Of a stretch of 64,000 bases of DNA, positions 1 through 11,548 are shown in pieces (the first letter of the stretch is position 1; each line of letters begins with the position of its first letter). The stretch lies in IMG/VR virus record IMGVR_UViG_3300005732_000005, positions 76,375-140,374 of that record; one strand, 5' to 3'. This DNA comes from a virus. The notes under the pieces were generated by a model. The model did not search any database. It was not told the DNA's origin and saw nothing but the letters and a program-made list of their open reading frames with translations. A program made the translations under genes and the position numbers.

Positions 1-551
1 AACATCTCTTTCTTAGTTTGGAGTTCTAGGAGTTTCTTATCTGCATCTTCTTTAATGCGATCCATTTCACTTTCAACTTTGGCAAGAGAATAAACCTTCT
101 GCCCACGCTTGTTGACCATATCCATGTAACAATCAAGGGAAGTTCCTTTTTCCGCAGAGGTTCTTTGTTTATCAGATTCTGTAGATAATTCTTCCACAGA
201 AGATTCAGAGAACTGTTCGATAAAAGTATCTTCTTGTTCAAAAACATCTTCCACAGTTTTATCCTTTAACCCAAACCCCACTAACAAATCGTCGGGTGCA
301 AGGGATAATTGGTGGAAACCTTTCGGTATATAGGTCATACCTGTTTTATCAAACCAACCTTCTTCATCGATATCCATTCCCTTTAAGAAAAGTAAACTTT
401 TATCTTCTGAATTCTTAAGGCAAGGGACTAAATCTTCCATAAGATTCTCACCTTCTGCAGTTACTAAGTTGAAAAGTTTAATTGGCTTGCCATCTTTTTC
501 TTGTTGACAAATCCATTCATCATCGTTACCAAACTTACAAATCTTTATCAT
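1..551 (-). CDS. hypothetical protein (runs off the window edge)
   Basis: ATG at 551 preceded by a GAGGA RBS; frame stays open to the window start (MIKICKFGNDDEW...). Confidence 0.7.
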   Translation of the reverse strand, partial: MIKICKFGNDDEWICQQEKDGKPIKLFNLVTAEGENLMEDLVPCLKNSEDKSLLFLKGMDIDEEGWFDKTGMTYIPKGFHQLSLAPDDLLVGFGLKDKTVEDVFEQEDTFIEQFSESSVEELSTESDKQRTSAEKGTSLDCYMDMVNKRGQKVYSLAKVESEMDRIKEDADKKLLELQTKKEM

Positions 552-635
552 ACAAATATTCCTCTCTTTTTAAATTAACCTAATTTCAGTATAACATGTT
601 ATAATAAGTAGTCAATAATAATAAAGGTTATAATT

Positions 636-1961
636 ATGGTTAATGAATTGGATGATTGGGGGTTTTACCCCTTAGATGCTCAAGGTAACCCTTACCAAGA
701 AGTAGGTTTACAACATGGAGCTACTTTTGAAGGCAGAGTAAACTCCAGATTTACAACAGCATGGAACCGAATGAAGATTACGTCTGTTGCTACTCAAAGA
801 TCTATATTTGATAGATCTGTCAATGGAGACTTATCTAAAGGTATATACATCTTAGAATACGAACAACCTCCTACTAAGGATTATGTAAGATTTTTAGATG
901 ATTCCAAGGCAAGACAAATATATAAGAGTCAGCCAAGGGATTTAGTATCTTCTAACTGGTATCTAGATTTTCTAGTATTTGAAGTTCTTGAGTCCACACA
1001 ACCTCAGGTTGATGTTTGGAGGGCAGCTAATCTGGACACCCTTTTCAGAACTAAGTTATATAAGGTTGCAGAAAGTACTACTTCTTTTGACAGTTTACAA
1101 GATTTTAAAAACTTACAATACCAGTACCAAGGTTGGAAAGCAGATAATTACTTAATAGGTGTTTCTAGATACGATACTATGGATGTGGACGAATCTAGGA
1201 TAAGGTACTTAGATATCACAGCCAAAAATGATGGTAGGTTTTTTAATACGTTCCACCAAAATGTACATCACAATAGTAAAAACGACTTTCCAAAAGGTAT
1301 GTATGCAGTATACTCTCAGGCAGAAGGTTTAGATGTTAATGTACGGTACGATATATCTAGTTTTCAAATAAAGAGGGATTTAGACGGGATTTCGGGATCG
1401 GATACACTATTAAGTACCAACAGTATAGAGAGAGGGGTAAGACCTAGCGGATATTGTCACTTGATAAGGAGGATTTCTAGTTTTACAAATTCGCCTGAGA
1501 GTAACCCTAAATTTCCTGAAATAAAAGTACCTTCTTATATGTTAGGTACGTATAGAGGTGCTAGAGTGTACACGTTCAAACTAGATAACTCTAATGTGAA
1601 TAACAACTCGGTAACTTTCAGAAGTAATATACATGGTAATGAACCTGTAAACACAAGTACACTTGTACTGGATACAAAAGACCCTAACACAGGCAGCCTA
1701 CATGGAGGACTTGCGCGCGCGGTAGGTTTCTTGAAATGTGTTAAGGGTGGCGGTAAACTTAAAGTTTCTAGAAGTGACCCACAAGGGAATTATCTGAGCG
1801 TATACCAAGGTTTAACATCTTGTGGTTTTTATTCTACAGATAATCCTACAAAAATTATTATGCAGGATTCTGCAGACGGTACTGTATTTCTAGGTTTGAA
1901 TTTAAAATTGGAAGGGACAGGTACTTTGGAAGGGACAGAGTGGGAAGTGGTTTATATATGA
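636..1961 (+). CDS. putative virion structural / tail-fibre-like protein
   Basis: 441 aa; preceded by the TGTTATAAT motif (597-605); beta-rich C-terminus; N-terminal W..D..G.P pattern loosely like ORF 30150. Confidence 0.4.
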   Translation: MVNELDDWGFYPLDAQGNPYQEVGLQHGATFEGRVNSRFTTAWNRMKITSVATQRSIFDRSVNGDLSKGIYILEYEQPPTKDYVRFLDDSKARQIYKSQPRDLVSSNWYLDFLVFEVLESTQPQVDVWRAANLDTLFRTKLYKVAESTTSFDSLQDFKNLQYQYQGWKADNYLIGVSRYDTMDVDESRIRYLDITAKNDGRFFNTFHQNVHHNSKNDFPKGMYAVYSQAEGLDVNVRYDISSFQIKRDLDGISGSDTLLSTNSIERGVRPSGYCHLIRRISSFTNSPESNPKFPEIKVPSYMLGTYRGARVYTFKLDNSNVNNNSVTFRSNIHGNEPVNTSTLVLDTKDPNTGSLHGGLARAVGFLKCVKGGGKLKVSRSDPQGNYLSVYQGLTSCGFYSTDNPTKIIMQDSADGTVFLGLNLKLEGTGTLEGTEWEVVYI

Positions 1962-1964
1962 AAT

Positions 1965-1988
1965 AAAGGGAGCTAGATACTCCCTTTT
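1965..1988. terminator. bidirectional intrinsic terminator
   Basis: AAAGGGAG-ctagata-CTCCCTTTT between convergent genes. Confidence 0.8.
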
Positions 1989-1998
1989 ATAGTTATCT

Positions 1999-3090
1999 TT
2001 AATTTCTTATTTCTAACTCAAAAAGTATACATTGTTTCATATCAGGTAAATAGTTTGTTGAATCCGCATACAGTACTATTTGGATAGTGTTAGCTTGATA
2101 GTTACCAGAAGTTTTACCACAAGCCACCCATGCTTCATCGAAGGTTAAACTGAAACCTGTAGTCCCTGTGACGTTTGGTAAAGGTCTCATATCTTCATTG
2201 TGTAGACCTATCTCCCATACAGGATTGGTAAGACCAGTTAAAAGTCCTGCACCTGAACTACCATTTAATGTCAATGCACCATTACCTTCAGTTAAGGAAA
2301 CATCCCACACCTCGTTACCTGTCAAAGATCCTATGGAAACTCTACCACTACCAAAAGCTGTCAGGTTAGTTATCCCTGCACTGCCAGATGCATCTCCTAG
2401 TATAATATCTACAGTTTCATGAAATGTCTCGTTGCCTCCCTGAGAATGTATCGCAGTATACCCTGTAGCTACGTTCTGGGGGCTATCCGAGTCTAAGGCG
2501 GTAATTATAAACCTGAGACCTTCCTCTCTGTACCTATTAGTTACTGGGTATTTTATGCCTTTATTCCCCCACGCTTGTCTATACAACTCTAAAGTGGTCT
2601 TGGTGTCTGTGTGGTTCATTCTTACAGCACCATCGTAATCTGACAATTGCCTAGGTCGTTGATCATTGAAACCACTTAACATTTTCCATCTTATAGAAGC
2701 AGGTACTATCGGTGGGGTAAATCCTGCAGTACCAGCTACATCTCCTAAGGGGTCTATACCGTCATACACTAAACTGTCATTCCATCCCACAAACCCTTCA
2801 TAACGTGCATTCCAAATATTACCATCTGAGTATACACCTCCTCCTGTATAACCTTGCCAGTGTCCGTCAGGGATGTTTATCCAACCATCTTTACCTGTAG
2901 GTATATAATCTGGGTCTGGGGGCGGGTACTCTTGACCAACATCAGGTAATCCTCCACTTCCACCGTCAACATTACCACCTTTACCGAAACCTGCACCTAT
3001 AAGACCAGTCCCACTCCAACCATTATGTCTAGCACCCATATTAATTTCTTGGATGATACCTGACCACCCATTATGTCTTGAATTAGGCAT
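1999..3090 (-). CDS. putative virion fibre/decoration protein
   Basis: 363 aa, rich in Gly/Thr/Trp; duplicated N-terminal RHNGWSG; Gly/Pro linker; downstream of the late-type motif at 3520-3528. Confidence 0.4.
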   Translation of the reverse strand: MPNSRHNGWSGIIQEINMGARHNGWSGTGLIGAGFGKGGNVDGGSGGLPDVGQEYPPPDPDYIPTGKDGWINIPDGHWQGYTGGGVYSDGNIWNARYEGFVGWNDSLVYDGIDPLGDVAGTAGFTPPIVPASIRWKMLSGFNDQRPRQLSDYDGAVRMNHTDTKTTLELYRQAWGNKGIKYPVTNRYREEGLRFIITALDSDSPQNVATGYTAIHSQGGNETFHETVDIILGDASGSAGITNLTAFGSGRVSIGSLTGNEVWDVSLTEGNGALTLNGSSGAGLLTGLTNPVWEIGLHNEDMRPLPNVTGTTGFSLTFDEAWVACGKTSGNYQANTIQIVLYADSTNYLPDMKQCILFELEIRN

Positions 3091-3103
3091 AATATTCTCC
3101 TAA

Positions 3104-3484
3104 TTACTTATAAGTAGCTTCTCGGTTACCAGCTAGCGAATCTTGGTAGAAGTAGATTGAATATGTACCTGTGACACTTGTTGGAGTAACTGTTACTGAA
3201 TGCACCCAGTTATTTTCGATAGTGAATGATTGTAAATCTGCTGCTGAAAGTGTAACAGTTCGTGCTGCTCCCGCCGCATCTAGTAAGACTTCATCATTAG
3301 CTTTAGGATGATACTTCACATGAAAAGCTAATGTACCTAAATCATCTGTTGTGTTTGCGTATGCAAAAGATACTTGTGTAACAGGTGCTCTCCAATGACT
3401 AAGAACAATCTCTTGAGCACCATCTGCCTGAGTAAGTCCTTCTACTTCTGTTGTATACTTTTCCACTTCGCCTAAATTTGCCAT
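3104..3484 (-). CDS. small beta-rich putative structural protein
   Basis: 126 aa, AGGA RBS, late-type motif upstream. Confidence 0.5.
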   Translation of the reverse strand: MANLGEVEKYTTEVEGLTQADGAQEIVLSHWRAPVTQVSFAYANTTDDLGTLAFHVKYHPKANDEVLLDAAGAARTVTLSAADLQSFTIENNWVHSVTVTPTSVTGTYSIYFYQDSLAGNREATYK

Positions 3485-3651
3485 AATTTTTATTTCCTAT
3501 TGTTGTATAAACTATAGGTATTATAACATACCTGTTGATACTTAGGAAGCTTCTGTGGTATAATAGCTTACAGTAAGAGGGGAGGTGCTTGGTGGACACA
3601 ACCTTTAGATATTTACACCACTGATTATAATCATAAAATAGGAATAAAAAT

Positions 3652-4011
3652 ATGCGTAAGTTAGAAATGGTTTCAAAGGTATACCCTGAGGTTGTAGAAG
3701 TTAAAGGTAGTGATGCAGCTATCACTCATGAGTTAGATCGTGTTGTTGATTCTCTAGAAGTAATCCCTGCTGGTATCACTCTTATTGCAGATGGTTCTGT
3801 TGTTACCGCTGCTGCAGGTGATGATATTGTAGTGACAGGTTCTCTTGACGGTATTAACTTCTTCGGTTTAGGTGCTACACATGCTGCACCAGCTACTATG
3901 GCACTAGATGAGCCTATCCCTGTAGCAATCACTTCTGCTGTTAAATACCTTCGTTTTACTTCTGCTCAAATCCAGAATACGGAAGAGTGGAAAGCTCATA
4001 TCGTACTTTAA
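3652..4011 (+). CDS. small beta-rich putative structural protein
   Basis: 119 aa, GCT/GGT/GTT-rich codons like the sheath gene, terminator follows at ~4024-4050. Confidence 0.5.
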   Translation: MRKLEMVSKVYPEVVEVKGSDAAITHELDRVVDSLEVIPAGITLIADGSVVTAAAGDDIVVTGSLDGINFFGLGATHAAPATMALDEPIPVAITSAVKYLRFTSAQIQNTEEWKAHIVL

Positions 4012-4063
4012 TAGTGTAAATAATAAGGAGGCTTAGTGCCTCCTTTTTTATTGGGAGAAATTT

Positions 4064-4351
4064 ATGTCACAAGAAAACAACGATTTTCAAAAGCAAGCTT
4101 TAGGAAAAACACCTTCCGCAGCACTAGCTATCTGTGGAATAATTATAGCTCTTTCATTAAGTTTCAATATCGCCAATATAAATATTTCTGAAGGCATTAA
4201 TAGGTGGTTAGCTGCAAAAGCCCTTGCCACGGAATTAGAGGTTCAGAGAGAAAACGTTCCTGTAGATAAAGAACTTTTAAAAAGAGTTGAAACTTTAGAG
4301 GAAGTGGTGGAAGATCTGAAAAAGAACTCCCACCCTCCTGCAAGGAAATAA
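4064..4351 (+). CDS. membrane protein with C-terminal coiled coil
   Basis: one hydrophobic segment (ALAICGIIIALSLSF) followed by a heptad-rich tail. Confidence 0.5.
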   Translation: MSQENNDFQKQALGKTPSAALAICGIIIALSLSFNIANINISEGINRWLAAKALATELEVQRENVPVDKELLKRVETLEEVVEDLKKNSHPPARK

Positions 4352-4352
4352 T

Positions 4353-4919
4353 ATGGCTACAGATAATACTATAAAACCTGTGGCGATTATAGATCCACAA
4401 ACCAAACGGGAAGTGTACACATCTTCCTTAACAAATATGCGGGGAAGCGGTTTTTATGGCTTCCAAGATACACAATACACTGGGGCTAATAAACTCCTTG
4501 TAGCAGAAGACATCCAAACAAAACTCACTTTCACTAGTCCAACATTTGTCAAAGATAAACGTCCTCAAATAGGAAACACTTTCTACGATATGTATGATTT
4601 CACTTCACAAACAATTATGACATATCCTGAGTTTGAAGATGGTATTTATCGTGTAAGGTTACAATTTGTTGCAGAGAATACTACAGGTGCGAGTGGGCAA
4701 GGTGTCAGGGTTAGTCTGTACAGTCCGTCACAGGGTTTTTCTTTGGATAGGAATACGATTGCACTAGTTAAGGGTGCAGGTGAGCCACAGAGGGTTAGAG
4801 AGGTCTTTACCTTCTATTCAGATTCTTTGACAGATGATGGTTTAGAAATAAGGATCACTCCTTTGAATGGAGATGTTCGTATCTATAATGCTAACCTTTT
4901 AATAACAGCTAATATGTAG
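4353..4919 (+). CDS. putative structural beta-sandwich protein
   Basis: 188 aa, coupled to its neighbours. Confidence 0.4.
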   Translation: MATDNTIKPVAIIDPQTKREVYTSSLTNMRGSGFYGFQDTQYTGANKLLVAEDIQTKLTFTSPTFVKDKRPQIGNTFYDMYDFTSQTIMTYPEFEDGIYRVRLQFVAENTTGASGQGVRVSLYSPSQGFSLDRNTIALVKGAGEPQRVREVFTFYSDSLTDDGLEIRITPLNGDVRIYNANLLITANM

Positions 4920-4927
4920 GAAAAATA

Positions 4928-5287
4928 ATGGCTTTTACAAAAACATTTTCTCACACAATAGATATTGCTTCAGGAAATTATTCTACTGGGACAGATGATA
5001 TTGTGATGAATATTCTCGACAAAGAAGTTTATACTTTACAATTAACAATTGTAGATGGTGGTACTGCTGTCGATCTAACCTCTCTCACAGCAGAATTCTT
5101 GGATGGGACAGTTGCCTTACCAAATGTATCTGTTACGGATGCTGCTACTGGTAGAGTGGATATTACTTTTGCAGATGTATCTGGTTATTCACAGAATGAC
5201 GTTAAGAGTATTATCTTGAAGATTACAGATGGCACTCTAGAACGTCATTACAAAGGATTTAAGATGTCTTTCTACACATTACCTTAG
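4928..5287 (+). CDS. BppU-N-like Ig-fold structural protein
   Basis: LTIVDGGTAVDLTSLTAEF...VTDAATGRVDITF pattern typical of BppU N-terminal domains. Confidence 0.55.
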   Translation: MAFTKTFSHTIDIASGNYSTGTDDIVMNILDKEVYTLQLTIVDGGTAVDLTSLTAEFLDGTVALPNVSVTDAATGRVDITFADVSGYSQNDVKSIILKITDGTLERHYKGFKMSFYTLP

Positions 5288-5304
5288 AAAGAAGATATAG
5301 CCTC

Positions 5305-5896
5305 TCAGAGTGGATTTGAGGGGCTTTCCATAAACATCTCAACAGGACTTTTCCCTCCTAGAATAGAATAATATTCTCCATCCTCCTTATATTGTGAGAA
5401 GTAGTGAAGTGCTTCATCTAATTGTTGCTTCTCTGTTCCACCATACACACTCCACAAACCAAGCTTACACTCAATACTATTTTCCTTCACAATAACACAT
5501 TTCTGAAAATCCTCTAGTAATTTAATAGTCACTTCACACCTCCCAAGTTTTATCTTTCATATCAAAAATACCTTGCTCAAATAAACACACCCCTTGTCCA
5601 AGACAGTATGCTATCAAGAACGTATAGTTGTCAAGCATTTTATATTCTGAACGTTTCTCTATTGCATCCAAGAGAGTGTGATACAAAGTATAACCAATTT
5701 TCTTATAAGCTCCATATGCAAAAGTGCCACTTTCTTTTAGAGAGTGCATTGTTGTTAAGGGTTTACGTTTCTCAGACATGATTATGTAATAATGGTGCGT
5801 TAGTTCATCATCAACACACTTTGCCAGATTAAGTTGTGGAAGATGATATTCACCTTTTCCAATGATAATTTTTCCTTCGATATTTAGTTTGTACAT
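5305..5896 (-). CDS. two small hypothetical proteins (5305-5532, 5534-5896)
   Basis: coupled ORFs with GGAG RBS. Confidence 0.6.
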
Positions 5897-5986
5897 GGTA
5901 TACTCTCCTAAATGTTATTAATTTAGAAGTATGTTATAATAGAGTATTATATATTGTCAAGAATGATTTTTGTTGAGGAGGTGATT

Positions 5987-7240
5987 TTGAGAGGAATAGA
6001 AGATAGTTTTACAGGTACAAAGTTTGATACTCCTAAAGGAGGTGTACTTACTGTGCTAGGTCATAATGGTTTGGCAGGGAATAAGAGGAAGTATTTCGTT
6101 GAGTGCAACATTTGTAGCAAGGATGAGGAGTTATTTCCTGATGGTTTTGTCTCCAGTAAAGGTAACCTTTTAATTGGTAGGATTCCGTGTGGCTGTGCTG
6201 TTAGTACTAAGTGGACGGAAGATCAAAGAATTGTCCAGATAAAACGGAAGTGTGAAGAGAGGGGTTACGATTTTCTAGGGTTGGCAGAAGAGTTTAAAGG
6301 TGGTCGTACTAAATTGAAGTTGTACAATCCCAAAACAAACAATACTTGGGAAAGTTCAAATATAACAGGTTTCCTTCGAGGAAGTGGAGATCCTATTGAA
6401 GGGTTTTTGAAAACTAAGGAGGCTAGTACTTCACTTGATGAGGTACACATTGAAGAGTTTATTAAGACAGGTAAGTTCTTAGAAGGCACAACCTTCACAC
6501 GTAATACAACTAAGAAGGATTCTAGAGGAAGGTATCCGTACTGGGATGTAATATGTCCTTTGTGCAGTGATGATGAATACGTGAAGAATCGTGTATGTTC
6601 TGGTATTTTTTCATGCGCGACCAGTCACCTTAAAAGGGGTAAACTTACCTGCAGGTGCTCCAAAACTTACCGTTGGACACAAGATCAAAGAGAGTATCAA
6701 ATCGGAAAAGTATGCTCGCAAGAAAACCTTACTTTCATTGGTTGGGAGGGAGAGTATAAAAACTGTAAAAGTAAATTTAATTGGAAGTGCTCAGAAGGCC
6801 ATAGGAACGTAACTTCTTTAAATGATTTCTTAAAAGGTATCAGATGTACACAATGTTTTCAAGAATACTCGGTTATTAACGGTTATTACCCTGACCGAAC
6901 GAAAGAACAAGATTACTTATATATCTACTATTTATCTGAGGAGAATTATCTAAAGGTAGGAAGAAGCTTCAACTTAAGCCGAAGGCAAAAAGAGAACCAA
7001 ATACGTATAAATAACTACAACCCACATTCAAAAATACGTGTCCTTAAAACCTTTACAGGTACTCACAAAGATATATACGATCTTGAACAAAAAATCCTAT
7101 CTGACTTGAAAAGTTTCCAAGTAAATGGTTACGGTTCGAGTGAATTATTGTCTGTAGAAGCCTTACCTTCTATATGGAATATCATTAATAGTTGTCAGGA
7201 AGTGACTCTATACCAAAATAAACTTATAAAAGAGGAATAA
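5987..7240 (+). mobile_element. free-standing homing endonuclease: Zn-ribbon repeats plus C-terminal GIY-YIG-like (T5orf172-type) domain
   Basis: repeated CxxC...CxC..W modules; C-terminal YLYIYYLSEENYLKVGRSFNLSRR...E; TTG start after GAGGAGG. Confidence 0.7.
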
Positions 7241-7244
7241 AATA

Positions 7245-7796
7245 ATGGATTTTTCAAGTAAATCGGTTCCAGTTATTGCAGAGTACCTGAGGTTTTGGCT
7301 AGGTTCGGCAGGAGACTCTGTAATTTCAGATGAAACCCTGAATTATATCATTGAACTAACCCTTGCCCAAAATGAAAGTGCCTCGGGTTGTGATATAATT
7401 TTCAAATCGGCCATATCAACATTGGAATGGTTGATTCGTAAAAGCGAACAAGGTAGTGCTGGTACTAGTGTTGGTGCGAGCGGAGAGTTGGAGAGTTTCA
7501 CAGAGCAGGTGGGCGAGGTCACCATAACCAAGAAATTTGACGTTTCTGGAACAACAACTTCGGGCAAGGAGGCTGGGTGGGATCGAATATTGTCTGATCT
7601 CCTTGCCGACCCAAACAGCATCGGGTGTGTTGTCACTCAATCTGAAGCTGTTGTTAAAGGTGTCGGGGAATGTCACTTCGGAGGAACATCCAACGAAGAA
7701 TACTCACGTGTCAAGAACAACCCTGACTCAAGAGGGGCATTCTCTTCATACTCAGCACCTTACCGACAGAATCTTGCTGGAAGAAAACTTTACTAA
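7245..7796 (+). CDS. head-tail adaptor / head completion protein
   Basis: LRFWLG...ISDETL N-terminus and EQVGEVTITKKF motif typical of myophage adaptors. Confidence 0.6.
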   Translation: MDFSSKSVPVIAEYLRFWLGSAGDSVISDETLNYIIELTLAQNESASGCDIIFKSAISTLEWLIRKSEQGSAGTSVGASGELESFTEQVGEVTITKKFDVSGTTTSGKEAGWDRILSDLLADPNSIGCVVTQSEAVVKGVGECHFGGTSNEEYSRVKNNPDSRGAFSSYSAPYRQNLAGRKLY

Positions 7797-7824
7797 CAAA
7801 AAGGAGGCTTACGCCTCCCTCCCC

Positions 7825-8805
7825 TTACCTCAAAACCTTCTTCTCAACAATTTTCCACTTCTCAGCACCACTCACACCTTGCACAAAAGAAGTAAACCCT
7901 GCCACAAAGAATCTCTGCTGCCCAATATAAGCCTCTGTTTCAGTGAAGTAACTATCCCTAACAAAGATGCTTATACGTTTCTGATTGTTATATGGAACTG
8001 TAAACACTTTTGCCGTCTTTGGCAAGTTCTTTTTAATCTCATTAAGATATTCTTTCAAAGAAGCAAACCCTGTGGCAGAGTTACAATTCTTATCACAACC
8101 ATTCACCCAATCAAGAAACCTTACTCGATACTCATGATACCCTACCTTAACTTTCTCTCTTACAATTTGATACTGTGGCTGAGACATTGCTGCTTGTGCC
8201 TTAGCTAAGTTTTCTTCAACAACCTTTCTTTCGTGATCATTACTTGCCCATAGTTCGAACATTGGTTGACAAGTAGTTCTGATCAAATTGTCCTTTGGTA
8301 AACGTAAAAGTGTCTTTAAGGGAGACTGATTACTTTCTACATGTGTTCTGTATGTCCTTAAGCAATGCATATTACTTTCCACAGCAAAACTAAACTCTGC
8401 AGACTCTTTCATTACAGATTGAAATCCTGCACAATTATTATCCTTATCAGCAAACACTCTTCCAACCTGAACACCTGCAGCCCAACTACCATTCCCGAAA
8501 GCATTATTCTGCACACCAGATAACCTTGCCTTAGAAGCACCTGCTGATACATAACTAAAACTCTGAGCACAACTAGCACCATCCTTACCAACACTATTTA
8601 CAGGAATATTACCTATTGGACTACTGAGATACATTTGTTGCTGCATAACCGCTGTGTTGGCATTAGATATCGCTTGTGATTGATCCTGACTCCACACCTC
8701 ATTCTCACTAGAAGGGTAATTTGGGCAAGTTCCATCTGAGCAAGTGTTATTTGCCAAAGTGTTTGTTGCAAAAAGTAAAGCTGTTGTTAAAATAAGTTTC
8801 TTCAT
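7825..8805 (-). CDS. exported protein with Sec signal peptide
   Basis: MKKLILTTALLFATNTLA signal; several Cys pairs; GGAG RBS. Confidence 0.65.
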   Translation of the reverse strand: MKKLILTTALLFATNTLANNTCSDGTCPNYPSSENEVWSQDQSQAISNANTAVMQQQMYLSSPIGNIPVNSVGKDGASCAQSFSYVSAGASKARLSGVQNNAFGNGSWAAGVQVGRVFADKDNNCAGFQSVMKESAEFSFAVESNMHCLRTYRTHVESNQSPLKTLLRLPKDNLIRTTCQPMFELWASNDHERKVVEENLAKAQAAMSQPQYQIVREKVKVGYHEYRVRFLDWVNGCDKNCNSATGFASLKEYLNEIKKNLPKTAKVFTVPYNNQKRISIFVRDSYFTETEAYIGQQRFFVAGFTSFVQGVSGAEKWKIVEKKVLR

Positions 8806-8943
8806 CAATAATCTCCTAATGTAATCAAATTTAGTTACTTTGCCTAATGTAACCATTTTCAGTTACAGCTAAATTTCAGGCAATAAAAAAGCTTGACCAG
8901 AATAATATCCGACCAAGCTTTTATTGTCAACAACTATTTTAAA

Positions 8944-9540
8944 TTAATCAAAATATGATTTAACGTTGTAAGATGTCTTATGTTCAGTAGTGACTGTTTG
9001 TAAATTAGTTTTCACTGTTTGGTTATAAGTATTACCTTCATTGATACTGCCAATCTCTACACCAGTATCATAAATCTTACCAGAGAAACGGCTACCACCA
9101 CTCACTTCTGTCACAGACTGATTATCCATCGTAGTGATATTTGTGTGAGATAAACGCTCTGAAGAGTTACCTGCCTTGAATGCTCCCAACTCGGTTGACA
9201 CTTCGCAGATAGTCCCTGTTGCAGTGTTATCAATTGTTTGAGTAATATCTAGTTGTGTAGTGGATTTTTCCCAAGACTTGAAATCGCCGATCACAGAGTA
9301 ATCATTACCTTTATTCACATCAGTAACACAACCCGAACAAGGATACACTGTGATATCATAATCACCTTTGATACCCTTAAGACTTACATTTGACCAAGAC
9401 TTGTCTTGACCAGTGATCTTTACATCACCAGTTGTTCTAACAGTTTTTGTCCCTGTAGTAAAGTTGCTTGAGAAGTCTACAGCTTGTGAACTGAATGTTG
9501 TTGCTAAAAGTAATGTTGCTACTGCTAATAATTTTTTCAT
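8944..9540 (-). CDS. exported Thr/Ser-rich beta protein with Sec signal peptide
   Basis: MKKLLAVATLLLATTFSSQA signal; GAGGA RBS; TGTTATAAT upstream (9578-9586). Confidence 0.65.
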   Translation of the reverse strand: MKKLLAVATLLLATTFSSQAVDFSSNFTTGTKTVRTTGDVKITGQDKSWSNVSLKGIKGDYDITVYPCSGCVTDVNKGNDYSVIGDFKSWEKSTTQLDITQTIDNTATGTICEVSTELGAFKAGNSSERLSHTNITTMDNQSVTEVSGGSRFSGKIYDTGVEIGSINEGNTYNQTVKTNLQTVTTEHKTSYNVKSYFD

Positions 9541-9622
9541 AGAATATTTCCTCTTTGTTAATGTTTGTTTATATTTAATTATAACACTTTTGTAGTAGGT
9601 ATGCTACCAACCTTTTATCTAA

Positions 9623-11548
9623 TCACTCCTTCAAACTACCCTCCTTTGTTCTGATTAAGTATATTTCACTCTCATCACAATTACGTTCATAATGATACCA
9701 AGATCCAGGACGGTGTTTTCTGCAACTCAATCTTAAGAAAGTTGTTCCGTTAAAAAGAGTGGATTCTACATCTAACACATCTACAACGTTACCCTCGTCC
9801 ATATAAAAATCCGCATCCCCACTAACAACAATTTCCACCTCATCACCAACCTTAATCCCTAAATCCTTCCAATTTTCCAGAGTGATACGTACTCTGTTAG
9901 AGCTTACCTTATTGGTAGGTGTTTCTAGCTTCTCAGTGATACTCTGAGGGACTTTCTCTACCAAGCAAGGTGAATACTCCTCGGGAGATAACATACGCTC
10001 CAAAGCTTTCTCATGAGCCGATAGAATACCTTTTGCAAAGTGTAATTGTTTCTCAAGGGTTTTAATCTTAAGATTAATCTCTTCTACAGCAAGTTTATCG
10101 TTGTAAATAGTTTCTTGTAAATTTGTAATTTGTTTCATAATTATAACCTCTCTAAGATTGAAACCGCTATTAAAATTAAAACTGGAGTAAATAACGCACC
10201 CATACAAAAACCTTTCCAAAAATCATCCTTATCTAGCGAATTCACTTCCCTGCAGTGTAGTGCTTTTGGTGGAACTAATCTACTCTTACCATTACTACCT
10301 GAAAATTCTGACATCACTCTTTCTCCTCTAGCTAAAAACCACTTCCCACAATACCACTATCATTGCAAACAAGCAACCTATTTTTGCACCTAATGTGAAA
10401 CTTTGCACAACACGTTTCTTCACCCTAGGAACTCTTTTCATAATGGCTTTGCTTGAGAGTAATGTCAATGCTACCAAATAACAAATTGTTGCATAAATTA
10501 TTATTGGAATAGCTGTCACTTTGTTTTCTCCTCAAACTTTTTCTTTAAACGTAGATATTCCTTCTTCTCGAAATATTCTTTTGGTAGAGTGCAAGTGTAT
10601 TTCTGAGTACCTGCTTGTCGAGAACAATTCCTCCGAAAGAACTTATCTATTGTATCAAAATAGCCACCTGAGTCAATACCTTTTTCAGGGATATGTTTCA
10701 CTAAGATTCCATGATCACGGCAATCTACTTCTGTCATATATGCTTGGTGACCTGACAATACTCTATAATAACATTTACCAGAGACCTTTCCTTGGTATAA
10801 TTTACTACTCCCTCCCCAAACACCTCTGTTAATATCTTTAATCTCTACGTAACCCTCTGGCAGAGCATAACTCATACTAGGTAATCCAACCATACCTACC
10901 AACAATAAAACCTTCTTAAAACTCATTCTACGTCCTCCTAAAATCAATTTCACAAACAAGAAAGCCCTCTCACCAAGACTCCCTCTTCAATAAGGAAATA
11001 TTAGCAAAAGGGCTTATGTTGTGTCAAGAGTTATTTTTGTAAATCCACCAATTTAATTTCAATAAGGCCACATTTATAACGAGACTGTCCTTCCCACCAC
11101 TCATCCACTTCGTCGTCAGTTTTCCAACCCAAAATCTCATAAGTGTGGTTACTTAGAAACAATTCAATACTATCCGTTTTACAATAATGAGCTGTCTCAA
11201 TAATAACACCTGAACCTAAAGTGTCATGTACAACCCAAAATTTAGGTGAAAGTTTTTGTTGTTTGTTCATTATCTTCTCCTTTATATAAAATTTAAACAT
11301 CCATATAAATAAGCTTTTATAGACTTATCGCAATTAGCTCCGTTAATAACTTGATATTCTCCGTCACCTAAATCGAAATACAATTGCGAACCTGTACTCA
11401 ACGATGACATAAAACCTGCCTTTTGGTAAACTTTAAAATCTGCAAACCATTTTGGTTCGTCATAATGAGAGTTAATCTCGTTTAATAGGTCAGCGATCTC
11501 TTCATCAGGGTGTTGTGGTTTGTAAGGTAAAAATGTTGTTGATGGCAT
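9623..11548 (-). CDS. run of small hypothetical genes (9623-10138, 10328-10519, 10516-10926, 11031-11270, 11282-11548)
   Basis: head-to-tail ORFs with GGAG/GAGG RBS; no family recognised. Confidence 0.55.
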
